A stretch of DNA of 64,000 nucleotides from positions 64,001 through 128,000 of IMG/VR virus record IMGVR_UViG_3300042569_003232; one strand, given 5' to 3'. Numbering within the stretch: position 1 is the first letter of the stretch; each line of letters opens with the position of its first letter. Below the pieces are notes generated by a model. It was not told the origin of the DNA and made no database searches. It worked only from the letters and a program-made list of their open reading frames with translations. The position numbers and the translations under genes are program-made. Shown piece after piece: positions 55,300 through 64,000 of this stretch. The DNA comes from a virus. Taxonomy: Duplodnaviria; Heunggongvirae; Uroviricota; Caudoviricetes.

Positions 55300-55752
55300 T
55301 TAAGAAATTTCTTTAAATATAGAGTTTGTTATATTTTTATATTTTTCTTTTAATGCTTCTGGACATTTTCCTATTCTTACATGAATTATTCCATTATGAT
55401 ACTCATTATTCAATAATACGGCATGTCTTAATTGCTCCAAAGTTTCCATATAAGCCATAGTCCATTTAGATTCACACAAGTGCAAAATAGTTCTTTTGAA
55501 ATTTTCTGGTCCATGCAGGGCAAGTTCATTTTGTAAATCCTTAGATGAACCGTAATATTTTTTCCAATCCGATTCCTTTTTCACTTTTCTATTTCTAGTT
55601 TTTCCCTTTAATGGTTTAAGTGTTAAGTTGGACCAGAATTGCTTCTTCCCCAAATAGTATCTTTTCTCTCCGGGAAGTGCATTAGTTCGTTCGATACAAT
55701 AAACAAAACCGAAATGTTCGTCTATATTTTCAGGTACGTTTTCCCAATCCAT
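55300..55752 (-). CDS. GIY-YIG-like nuclease conserved in T4-like phages
   Basis: FGFVYCI...YLGKKQFW...ESDWKKYYGSS...F.R.IL. Confidence 0.75.
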   Translation of the reverse strand: MDWENVPENIDEHFGFVYCIERTNALPGEKRYYLGKKQFWSNLTLKPLKGKTRNRKVKKESDWKKYYGSSKDLQNELALHGPENFKRTILHLCESKWTMAYMETLEQLRHAVLLNNEYHNGIIHVRIGKCPEALKEKYKNITNSIFKEIS

Positions 55753-55782
55753 AAAGGCTATTTACCCCTCATATAAGAGAAG

Positions 55783-56973
55783 TCAAAATTCGTCAATTTC
55801 ATCATATTCTGTTATTTCCAAAACATGGTATTCAGATTCGTCTATATTTGGAAAATCATCGAACTGTGAAGCAGTTGGATCTACAATAATGCCTTCAACT
55901 TCTAACCAAGTATGCCCATCGTCTTTATAAAATCCATGATGAATTTCTATATCCTCTACTCCATTTTCTTTTAATTGTTTTGCTAAAAAACTGCTCGCAT
56001 CTTGGCAACCCATTTCACAACATGGCATTGTTCCCGGCTTTACATATTTTGAGATAACATTTTGTGCAGTATTTGATAAAGTTTCTAATGGATAAGAAAA
56101 CCAAAAATTATTAATCACTCTGGTACTTTTCGGTTTGGATGCTTCGCTATAAATTTTCCGTTTTTTGCTTTTAATTTTACGTTTATTTTTGATTTTTCCT
56201 TTTCTTGAAATAGTTCCTAAAATTGCAGGAGTTCTGGCATCACTGGTGTCATAAGGTCCATCATTTCCCAAAACACTTGCATCTGTCATTTCTTCTATCT
56301 TTTCGCTATAATAATCATTTTCTGTTTCGTCATAATCATATATTTCTACAATAGAGTCATCAAAAATTACAAAATTATAAGAAACTTTTTCGTCTTTTGG
56401 TTTGTTTCGATCTAATTGAGTAATATACTTCAAGCCCTTTATTCCAGCATTCCAAAATAACTCAGACGCTTTTTTTGCACTACTATGATCATTTTGTACA
56501 AATTCGTATATATTCTTTCCAGTTGCTTTTTGAAATTCGATTAAATCGCTTTCATCAAAGGCAGTAATGGTTTTATCTGGAAAACCTTTTGAATCAACTA
56601 CCTGTCCTTTAGTTCCATCACCATAAGTTTTCCATTTATATGATCTTATATGTTCTACTAGACGTTTTAACTTATCTTTTACATATGCCGACTGCTCTTC
56701 AAATGAGAGGTCATAGTTTAACAATTCATCTTCTTTTGCATCTATATCTACAGTGTAATTATAGATTTTTTCATGCCCTCGGAATTTGAAAGAATTTGTA
56801 TAGTGTTCTGCCACTTTTGGATTGTCAGTAAAGTATAATCCATAGCCATATCTTTGATTCCCTTCTCCAGTTCCAATATATTTTAAACTAAATTTATCAG
56901 AAATGAAATTCGGACTAGAGTGAAAAACTCTTTCCAATAAGTTGTCAAAAAAGTTGTCAAAATTTTCTGTCAT
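55783..56973 (-). CDS. Multidomain protein: ART-like N-domain plus C-terminal Cys-His-Asp transglutaminase-like domain
   Basis: FHSS...IGTGEGNQRYGYGLYFTD...A..Y; GCQDAS...GHTWLEVEGIIVDPTASQF. Confidence 0.6.
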   Translation of the reverse strand: MTENFDNFFDNLLERVFHSSPNFISDKFSLKYIGTGEGNQRYGYGLYFTDNPKVAEHYTNSFKFRGHEKIYNYTVDIDAKEDELLNYDLSFEEQSAYVKDKLKRLVEHIRSYKWKTYGDGTKGQVVDSKGFPDKTITAFDESDLIEFQKATGKNIYEFVQNDHSSAKKASELFWNAGIKGLKYITQLDRNKPKDEKVSYNFVIFDDSIVEIYDYDETENDYYSEKIEEMTDASVLGNDGPYDTSDARTPAILGTISRKGKIKNKRKIKSKKRKIYSEASKPKSTRVINNFWFSYPLETLSNTAQNVISKYVKPGTMPCCEMGCQDASSFLAKQLKENGVEDIEIHHGFYKDDGHTWLEVEGIIVDPTASQFDDFPNIDESEYHVLEITEYDEIDEF

Positions 56974-57007
56974 TTTATACTATTTACTTGAAAATATACT
57001 TTAAAGG

Positions 57008-57427
57008 ATGTATCTTAAAATGATGCAAAAAGATCCTAATGTTTTATTAGAAGAGTATTCCAAAGAAATAGAAATGGATACTTCTATTGATGTAACAAAT
57101 ATTTTAGAAAAACAATTTTCCAGCCCGAATACAAAGCATAAATGGCTTTTTAGATTAACAAAGGCAAAAAGAGAATTGTTAAATTTAATAAATGAGAAAG
57201 ATAATTTTTTAAATAACGTAATGAATAGAGATAATCCTTTGAAATTGTCAAAAGCTGTTATTTCTAATAAATTAGATAGTCATGAAGAATATAAAGCGTT
57301 ACAAAGAAAGATAAAAGATCAAGAAATTTTAGTAGAATATTTAGACAGTAATGTGAATAAAGTGTTTAGTCAAATGAGTTTTGATTTTAAAAATCTTATT
57401 GAGTTAATGAAAATGGAACAATTATAA
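57008..57427 (+). CDS. uvsY: Recombination mediator UvsY
   Basis: Helical, H.KWL...FDFKNLIELMK; adjacent to uvsW. Confidence 0.7.
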   Translation: MYLKMMQKDPNVLLEEYSKEIEMDTSIDVTNILEKQFSSPNTKHKWLFRLTKAKRELLNLINEKDNFLNNVMNRDNPLKLSKAVISNKLDSHEEYKALQRKIKDQEILVEYLDSNVNKVFSQMSFDFKNLIELMKMEQL

Positions 57428-58855
57428 GTGGTTGAGAAAATTAAAATAGATTTTCAGAAAAAAGGAGGAGTTTTAACATGCTCCAAAGATATTCTGAAAT
57501 TAGTAAGAGAAAAGTTTTCTGTAAAGAATCCTAGTTTTCATAGTCGTCGTTTTGCACCTCGTTTGTATGCAATAACACCGTCAGGAGCATTTCAAGTAGG
57601 ATTATGGAATGAGATTGAAAACTATATTCGTAGTTTAAATATACCAATTAGCATAGAGTTAACAGATGAATTTAAAAAACAATTTCTTCCAAAAACAGGA
57701 ATAGAAGAAATATCTAAAATCGACTCTTTCAACTATTATGATTATCAGGAAGATGCTATAAAACAATTTGTAGAAAATGGAAGAGGAATTTCTCTGATTG
57801 CCACAGGTGGCGGAAAGGCTCTGTGTATAGCAGGATTAACTAAAACATTTTTAGATCATTATCCGAACTATAAAATATTAATAATAGTTCCCAATGTTAG
57901 TTTGCTTAATCAGTTATATTATTCATTTATTGATGAATTTAGTATTAATGATGTTACTCGCTGGGGAGACGGCAAAACTCCTGATTTATCCCAAAACATA
58001 ATTATAGCTAATAATCAAATATTAATCGCAGATATAGATTATACATTATCGGTTGTAAAGGATTTTGATGTAATTATTGTTGATGAAGTTCATACAATTA
58101 ATGAAAAGAAAAATAAAATTAGTAAAGTAATTCATAATATTAAAACACCGTTTAAATTTGGATTAACTGGAACATTGCCGGATTCTATGATGGGTGCATG
58201 GAATGTTATTGGAAAAATAGGTCCGATAGTTTATGAAAAAAATTCATTTGAGCTTCGCAAGCAACAAACTATAACAGATGTTGAAATCAAAGTAGTAGTT
58301 TGTCAACACATTAAAAAACCAGTTCCTACCACAGTTTTTACGGAACCAACTGATGCATACATGTTTGAATATGATTATGTAATGAATTATGCACCTCGCA
58401 ACAATGTTATTGCAAAAATTGCTAAAAAGTTAAATGGAAACACTCTTATTGTTGTAGATAGACTTCAATACATTAGTTCAATACATGATTGTTTGAAAAA
58501 TTGTGGAAAAAAGATTTACATTATTACAGGAAATACTCCAACGGACGAAAGAACCGTTATTCAGAATACAATGGATGCAGAAGACAACATAATTTGTATT
58601 GCAATGAGTAAATGCTTTTCCACTGGTATTTCTATTAAGAATTTACATTATGCTATTTTTGCATATATGGGAAAAGGAGGAGTAAAAACCGTTCAAACAA
58701 TTGGTAGAACTGTTCGAAAACATTCATCCAAAGAAAAAGCTGTTATTTTTGATATTTCAGATGACTTAAATTATTCAGTTCGTCATTTAAAAGAACGTTT
58801 GAAAATTTATAAAGATCAAAAGATAACATACACTCTTACAAAAATAAAAATTTAA
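57428..58855 (+). CDS. uvsW: UvsW SF2 helicase
   Basis: YQEDA, ATGGGK, DEVH, GLTGT, FSTGISIKNLH, QTIGR. Confidence 0.9.
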   Translation: MVEKIKIDFQKKGGVLTCSKDILKLVREKFSVKNPSFHSRRFAPRLYAITPSGAFQVGLWNEIENYIRSLNIPISIELTDEFKKQFLPKTGIEEISKIDSFNYYDYQEDAIKQFVENGRGISLIATGGGKALCIAGLTKTFLDHYPNYKILIIVPNVSLLNQLYYSFIDEFSINDVTRWGDGKTPDLSQNIIIANNQILIADIDYTLSVVKDFDVIIVDEVHTINEKKNKISKVIHNIKTPFKFGLTGTLPDSMMGAWNVIGKIGPIVYEKNSFELRKQQTITDVEIKVVVCQHIKKPVPTTVFTEPTDAYMFEYDYVMNYAPRNNVIAKIAKKLNGNTLIVVDRLQYISSIHDCLKNCGKKIYIITGNTPTDERTVIQNTMDAEDNIICIAMSKCFSTGISIKNLHYAIFAYMGKGGVKTVQTIGRTVRKHSSKEKAVIFDISDDLNYSVRHLKERLKIYKDQKITYTLTKIKI

Positions 58856-58856
58856 T

Positions 58857-59594
58857 ATGTGGAACTCACCAGAAACCTTTGATGAAGATTTAGATGAAAT
58901 TGAAGAACCTGAAATTGTTCTTGAAAAACCTCGTAAAAGAACTCGCCGCACAAAAGACGAGAGTAGAGAAACGGTTGAATATGTTACAAAGGATGAAATG
59001 TGGAATGAATTATATAATTACTATAAATCTTTAGGTGATGATTATGATTGGGAAACTCAAAAGCCTCATCGAAAAGATACCTTTCCGCCTATTTCAAAAC
59101 GATTAACTGTTATTATCAACGATATTAGTACCAAAATGGGATATCGGGCAAATTTCTGTAATTATTCATGGATTGACGAAATGATGGGAGATGCACGATT
59201 AAAAATGGTTAAAGCAATTCGAGATTGTTCATTTAAGTGCTATACAATTGCGGAAATTATTGACACAGTAATTGATAGTGACGATCAGACAATTATATAT
59301 TATATTGATAAAAAAGGGAAAACTCAAGACAAAGCTCAAGAAGAATCTGATGAGTTTTTCACAGAAAATAATAAGAACTTTATCAAATTCAAAGCAAATC
59401 CATTTGGATATTTTTCAAGAATAACTAGCCATTCATTTTTAAATAGAATGAAAAAAGAAAATTCTTTAGAAGAAACCAAGAGAGCATTTCAGACTAAAAC
59501 ATGGGATGAATTATATGCAAATGAGAATTTTAGAAATGTTCGCAGACCGAAATATATTGATTCGGACGAAAATGATGGTATGTTTGAAGAATGA
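58857..59594 (+). CDS. gp55: Late-transcription sigma factor gp55
   Basis: YRANFCNYSWIDEMMGDA...NPFGYFSRIT..SFLNRMKKE. Confidence 0.85.
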   Translation: MWNSPETFDEDLDEIEEPEIVLEKPRKRTRRTKDESRETVEYVTKDEMWNELYNYYKSLGDDYDWETQKPHRKDTFPPISKRLTVIINDISTKMGYRANFCNYSWIDEMMGDARLKMVKAIRDCSFKCYTIAEIIDTVIDSDDQTIIYYIDKKGKTQDKAQEESDEFFTENNKNFIKFKANPFGYFSRITSHSFLNRMKKENSLEETKRAFQTKTWDELYANENFRNVRRPKYIDSDENDGMFEE

Positions 59595-60583
59595 AAAATT
59601 CCAAAATTTTAGTTATCGGGGATTTACATATAGGAAACAATCGAAACAATCCTGATTTTTTTAAAATTGTGTTGGAATACGGAGATTGGATAAATCAGAT
59701 TTGTAAATCAAAGAATATACAGAATATAGTTCAATTAGGTGATGTTTTTCATTTCCGAGAAATGGTACATAATCCATCAATTAATTGTGCTCATCAATTT
59801 TTCGAAAAACTTCAAAATTATAATATACATATAATTACTGGAAATCATGATTCTTTTTACAATGATAGTAGCGAGGTACATTCACTGAAATTATTGAGTA
59901 ATTGGCCAAATATAACAGTTCACGAAAAAGTAACAGTTTTAGATAACATTTGTTTTTGTGGATGGGGAGCTAAAATAGACCATATACCATATTCTGATAT
60001 ATTATTTGGTCATTTTGATATAAAAGGATTTCAAGTTAGTTCTGCCAAAGTATCGGAGCATGGGTTTTCTGCATCAGACCTTATGCAAAAGTGTAAAATA
60101 TTAATGAGCGGTCATTATCATAAACCTCAAATCAGATTTTATGATAAAAAACCATTAATCTATTCAGGTAGTGCATTCCAATTAAATTGGGGAGAATCTG
60201 GAGAGAAAAAATATGTGTATATTCTGGACTCAGAAACTCTTCAGTATGAAATGATCGAAAATGAAATTAGTCCTCGGTTCGAATATATTCGAAATGAAAA
60301 AGATTATGAAAAGGCAAATAATAATTTTGTTTCTGTTGAAATTAGTGATCCCGCTGAATTTAATAAAATAGTAACAAAGTTGAAAAAATTAAATGCAAAA
60401 GATGTACGAACCACTATAAAACCAGTTAAACAAATTTCTGATAGTGTTGCAATGACAGAGTTTAAAGGAGTTAACTTTGATGATGCCGCAGATGAATATA
60501 CTAGTTTATTAGAAGTTAGTTTGGATGAAAAGGAATATCTAGCAAACCGTTTTAAACAATTGTATAAAACTTGTACTAGATAA
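59591..60583 (+). CDS. gp47: Recombination nuclease gp47 (Mre11/SbcD-like)
   Basis: GDLHIG, LGDVFH, TGNHD, GHFD, SGHYH, YSGS. Confidence 0.9.
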   Translation: MKNSKILVIGDLHIGNNRNNPDFFKIVLEYGDWINQICKSKNIQNIVQLGDVFHFREMVHNPSINCAHQFFEKLQNYNIHIITGNHDSFYNDSSEVHSLKLLSNWPNITVHEKVTVLDNICFCGWGAKIDHIPYSDILFGHFDIKGFQVSSAKVSEHGFSASDLMQKCKILMSGHYHKPQIRFYDKKPLIYSGSAFQLNWGESGEKKYVYILDSETLQYEMIENEISPRFEYIRNEKDYEKANNNFVSVEISDPAEFNKIVTKLKKLNAKDVRTTIKPVKQISDSVAMTEFKGVNFDDAADEYTSLLEVSLDEKEYLANRFKQLYKTCTR

Positions 60584-60618
60584 TTGAAAAAAGATTAAAA
60601 CAAATATAAATTAAACAA

Positions 60619-61467
60619 ATGTCAAATTTAAATCGTTATAAAGAGAAAACCGCAGTTGCATTAATTTCTTGCAATCGAGAAGATTTTCTACATAAAGCAT
60701 ATGATTCCATAGATCATGATTCCGTAGAAAAAGTGTATATAATAAATGCAGGAAGTCAGTTTAAGAAAAATCCTGAAAATGCAAAAATTATACAATGTGC
60801 CCGCAATCCAACTGTTGTAGGAATTGCCAAGAATATTGCATTAAAAGAAATGAGAAATGCAGGATATGATTTCTTATTCTTAATGGAAGATGATGTATTT
60901 ATAAAAGATAACAACGTGTTTCAGAAATACATTGATACTGCTATGGATTCGGGCTTGTGGGCAGGGCAATTGTCTTATGGTACTCACGGTGGGGTTGGTG
61001 GTGGAAACGTTGCAGATGACGGCACACCGCTCAAAAGATTAACGGTACAGTATACCCAGCACAAAGTTGACTTGTATAAACATAGTCTTCATGCATTTGT
61101 CTTGTATCATTCTAATACTCTTCCTCATATTGGATATATGGGAGAAAATTATTGCAATGCCGCAGAACATTTGGATCACTATTATACATCATACTTAAAG
61201 AAATTAGGAGCCAATTATTGGTATTTTCCAGATATAGAAGATTCATTTGAATATCTAGAAGATATTGACAGTAATCATACAAACAGTGTTATTCGCAATA
61301 GTACAGATTTTCGCAAGAATTTTTCAGAGAGTTGGGGAATCTTTAAATCTAAATTTTCTGCATTTCCTCATGAGATAAGTGATTCAACAATTGAAGAAGT
61401 TCAGGAAAGATTAGATTTCTTGGAAAAGAATTATTCACAAAAGCAATTTTTACAACAAAATTCTTGA
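60619..61467 (+). CDS. Glycosyltransferase family 2-like
   Basis: GIAKNIAL, LMEDD, AEHLDH. Confidence 0.8.
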   Translation: MSNLNRYKEKTAVALISCNREDFLHKAYDSIDHDSVEKVYIINAGSQFKKNPENAKIIQCARNPTVVGIAKNIALKEMRNAGYDFLFLMEDDVFIKDNNVFQKYIDTAMDSGLWAGQLSYGTHGGVGGGNVADDGTPLKRLTVQYTQHKVDLYKHSLHAFVLYHSNTLPHIGYMGENYCNAAEHLDHYYTSYLKKLGANYWYFPDIEDSFEYLEDIDSNHTNSVIRNSTDFRKNFSESWGIFKSKFSAFPHEISDSTIEEVQERLDFLEKNYSQKQFLQQNS

Positions 61468-61491
61468 CGAGAACTTTTTCCTCTCTATAAA
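61464..61491 (+). promoter_or_regulatory. Sigma70-type promoter TTGACG-N16-TATAAA
   Basis: 6 nt from ATG. Confidence 0.5.
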
Positions 61492-61497
61492 TGAGGT

Positions 61498-62697
61498 ATG
61501 AACATTCATCAAAAACTAAAAGACCTTGGAATTGAACATGAGGACGAATTTCTCAATCATGAGCAATTCAGTAAAGTCACTTTAACAAGAGACGTAGGAG
61601 TACAAGGTCAATTTATATATTTTATTAAATATAATAGAATTCCGTCCAGTTTGGAGTTTTCTATAAAACTAAAGGATTTTGATGAATTTATTAGGTATGT
61701 TGCAAGTTTGCGATTTAAAGTAATATTCACTAATACTACTATTGACCGATATTGGCGCAGTACAGTTTATCTGAGTGATTATTCGATTGGTATGGGTCAT
61801 ATAATGATTGAAGTGGAATATAATCTTGGTCGTAAAAATAACAGAGATAATCAGGATATATTGGATAAGGTTTTGCAAAAAACTGAAGATGAAGAGGAGG
61901 AAGAAGATGATGCTACTTGCAGTGTAACAATATATCATTCGGCATATAATCCTAAAATTTACGAAATTTTTGATAAATTTGCGATTTCTCCAAAAACTGA
62001 ACAAGAAGGTAAAGTTCTTCTTTTCGAAAAGGATAGTTATGGTGAAATTGTATTGACCCCTCATAAAATCAAAAATTATGATTTGGATATTAGCAAAAAT
62101 TATAACGATGATTTTAGCCAAGTTCATGATAAAGTGTCAGAGTGGGTAAATGACTTTAAGACTAAGAACAATAAATTGGTGCTGTTTCATGGTGTTCCCG
62201 GTTCCGGAAAAACTAATTATATTAAATATCTTTTGAGCCTTCCTTCTGATGTAAAAAAGATTTATATTCCTCCATATTTTATTCAAAGCATGGCAGATCC
62301 TGCATTCTTGCCAATTATCAAACGTGAAAAGAAAAGCGTTCTTATTATTGAAGATGCAGAAAAAATTCTCTTGAAAAGAGAAGATTCCTCAGATAATAGT
62401 ATTATTTCAATTTTACTTAATCTTTGTGATGGTATTATGGCAGACATTCTAGACTTCAAGATTATTGCAACTTTTAACACTGACGAAGAATTGATTGATG
62501 ATGCACTAAAGCGTAAGGGAAGAATGTTTTTGAAATATAAGTTTGATGCACTTTCAGAGCAAAAAACAAAAAATCTTTATGGAGAAGTTCATGGAACTGA
62601 GCCACCAAAGAAAAACATGACACTTGCTGAAATTTATAACAGCGAAAACAATTTCGGGAAAAAGGAAGAACCAAGAAAAGTCGGTTTCGGAATTTAA
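61498..62697 (+). CDS. AAA+ ATPase
   Basis: FHGVPGSGKT, IIEDAE, LLNLCDG, ATFN, RKGR. Confidence 0.88.
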   Translation: MNIHQKLKDLGIEHEDEFLNHEQFSKVTLTRDVGVQGQFIYFIKYNRIPSSLEFSIKLKDFDEFIRYVASLRFKVIFTNTTIDRYWRSTVYLSDYSIGMGHIMIEVEYNLGRKNNRDNQDILDKVLQKTEDEEEEEDDATCSVTIYHSAYNPKIYEIFDKFAISPKTEQEGKVLLFEKDSYGEIVLTPHKIKNYDLDISKNYNDDFSQVHDKVSEWVNDFKTKNNKLVLFHGVPGSGKTNYIKYLLSLPSDVKKIYIPPYFIQSMADPAFLPIIKREKKSVLIIEDAEKILLKREDSSDNSIISILLNLCDGIMADILDFKIIATFNTDEELIDDALKRKGRMFLKYKFDALSEQKTKNLYGEVHGTEPPKKNMTLAEIYNSENNFGKKEEPRKVGFGI

Positions 62698-62710
62698 GAA
62701 AAAACAATAT

Positions 62711-62752
62711 AAAAAGGCCAAATCCAGTATTTTTCTGGATTTGGCCTTTTTT
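62711..62752 (+). terminator. Intrinsic terminator
   Basis: AAAAAGGCCAAATCCAG/CTGGATTTGGCCTTTTTT. Confidence 0.85.
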
Positions 62753-62770
62753 GTTGGTTAAATAAATGCT

Positions 62771-63538
62771 ATGAGTAAACGAGGTTTAGCTATTATTACT
62801 TTTAATTCGGAAGATTATTTTAATGATTTATACAAAACAGTTCCATTTGAAAAATTAGATGAAATTGTTGTGGTCAATGGAGGAGAAAAATATAAAAACA
62901 AATATGATAAAGTTCATTGGATTCAGCACGAAGAAGTAAAATACCCTTCGGTTGCAAGAAACGATGGTTTGAAATATCTTTTCGATAAAGGAGTTGATCA
63001 TTTTTTTGTATGTGAGGATGACATGCTTATTAAGGATTCGAATATTTTCGAGAAATATGAGAATGCTAGTAAAATTTCAAATCTTCAATATTTCATCTAT
63101 GCATCAATTAGTTGGGGAAGTGGGCCGAAACATAATCGAACACCTACTATGAAAATAGGATATTCTCCAACTGATGAAATATATCTTTTTTCTAATATGT
63201 GTAATGAATTCACTTACTCTTCTAAAAAATTAATAGAAGACGTTGGTTTGTATGATGAACGGTTAAAAAATTTATTTGATGTTGATTATGCATATCGGGT
63301 TTCACAATCAAAATATGGGATTCCTTTTTGGTATTTTCCTGATATTGCTAATTCAGACGATTTAGTTGATAATAATCCTGATGCAAAATCGCGTTTAGAT
63401 CATGATGGACAAAGAACATCTAGGCTTGCACCAGAATATGCTATTTTTCAAGAAAAACATCATTTACAAATTCAAAATATTTTCCGAGAAACTGAGGAAA
63501 AAGTTGTCGAAAAATTAAAAAATATAAAGCCTATATGA
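62771..63538 (+). CDS. Glycosyltransferase family 2-like (paralog of 60619)
   Basis: VARNDGL, VCEDD, VGLYDE, FDVDY, WYFPDI. Confidence 0.82.
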   Translation: MSKRGLAIITFNSEDYFNDLYKTVPFEKLDEIVVVNGGEKYKNKYDKVHWIQHEEVKYPSVARNDGLKYLFDKGVDHFFVCEDDMLIKDSNIFEKYENASKISNLQYFIYASISWGSGPKHNRTPTMKIGYSPTDEIYLFSNMCNEFTYSSKKLIEDVGLYDERLKNLFDVDYAYRVSQSKYGIPFWYFPDIANSDDLVDNNPDAKSRLDHDGQRTSRLAPEYAIFQEKHHLQIQNIFRETEEKVVEKLKNIKPI

Positions 63539-64000
63539 AAATAAAAATCATTACAAATACATTTAATGATTATCATCGTCAAAAAGTAGCAGTAGATTCT
63601 TGGTTGCATCTTAAAAATTTGTATCCAGAAATGGAAGTAATAAATTTGCAATTTTTTGATGAGCAAGAACAATTCTCGAATTTTTATCCTGACTTAACCA
63701 CTAAGTTTCTTTTAAGGCAATCTAGTCAATCATATTTAGGTAGTTCAGAAAAGAAATTACCTTTGGTACGAGATTTATTCAATGCAGGAGTGAACGAAGA
63801 TTGTGAATATTTCATCACTACTAATTCTGATGTAATTATTATGCCTAGTCTTATTGAATATATTCAAAATAAAAAACCTGATGCCATGGCATGTTCTCGT
63901 CTTGATATAGAGGAGATAAGTTCATTTCAAAGTATAGTTGATCAAAAAGTTGTTCCTGTTCGTTGGGAACCTGCGGGATTTGACACATTTGTTTTTAAAA
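63535..64000 (+). CDS. Glycosyltransferase-like protein, runs off the window
   Basis: MKIKIITNTF...LPLVRDL...TNSDVII...AGFDTFVF (DxD-like NSD). Confidence 0.6.
   Translation, partial: MKIKIITNTFNDYHRQKVAVDSWLHLKNLYPEMEVINLQFFDEQEQFSNFYPDLTTKFLLRQSSQSYLGSSEKKLPLVRDLFNAGVNEDCEYFITTNSDVIIMPSLIEYIQNKKPDAMACSRLDIEEISSFQSIVDQKVVPVRWEPAGFDTFVFK

Noticed and set aside
1-64000. Reverse-transcriptase systems (DGR, retron), inteins, group I introns
   Set aside because: No RT (YxDD) gene, no intein ends in UvsW, Dda or gp47, and no interrupted core genes seen.

Overview
AT-rich (~28-30% GC by eye) segment of a large T4-like (myovirus-type) jumbo phage genome, standard genetic code. Hallmark genes: tail tube (gp19-like), head-completion nuclease (gp4-like), a 1739-aa baseplate/tail protein, UvsY, UvsW, late sigma gp55, gp47, Dda, RNase H, ThyX, PhoH. 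Positions ~2.4-23.4 kb form a minus-strand translation and accessory region. It holds 21 readable tRNAs covering 19 amino acids (no Cys), a tmRNA with a 33-aa tag, TilS, IF-1, homing endonucleases and an outer-membrane beta-barrel. It also holds about seven tRNA-like genes whose anticodon arm is deleted, broken or expanded. Top observations: (1) a promoter-proximal array of three hairpin RNA units (AGA-N6 / ACNGCAA / variable cargo / N6-TCT-GAA) at 6704-6949, the middle unit carrying a circularly permuted tRNA module, a topology like bacterial Y RNA (YrlA); (2) a DIP1984-like coiled-coil gene followed by an 18-bp inverted repeat enclosing ~7-nt periodic repeats; (3) sigma70-type promoters with a mostly 16-bp spacer and TAARTA late motifs, both usually 5-9 nt from the ATG (apparently leaderless mRNAs); (4) a shared capsid-targeting-like N-terminus on an Acb1-like enzyme, a lysozyme and an ART-like protein. 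All family assignments are from motif recognition by eye; no database searches were run.
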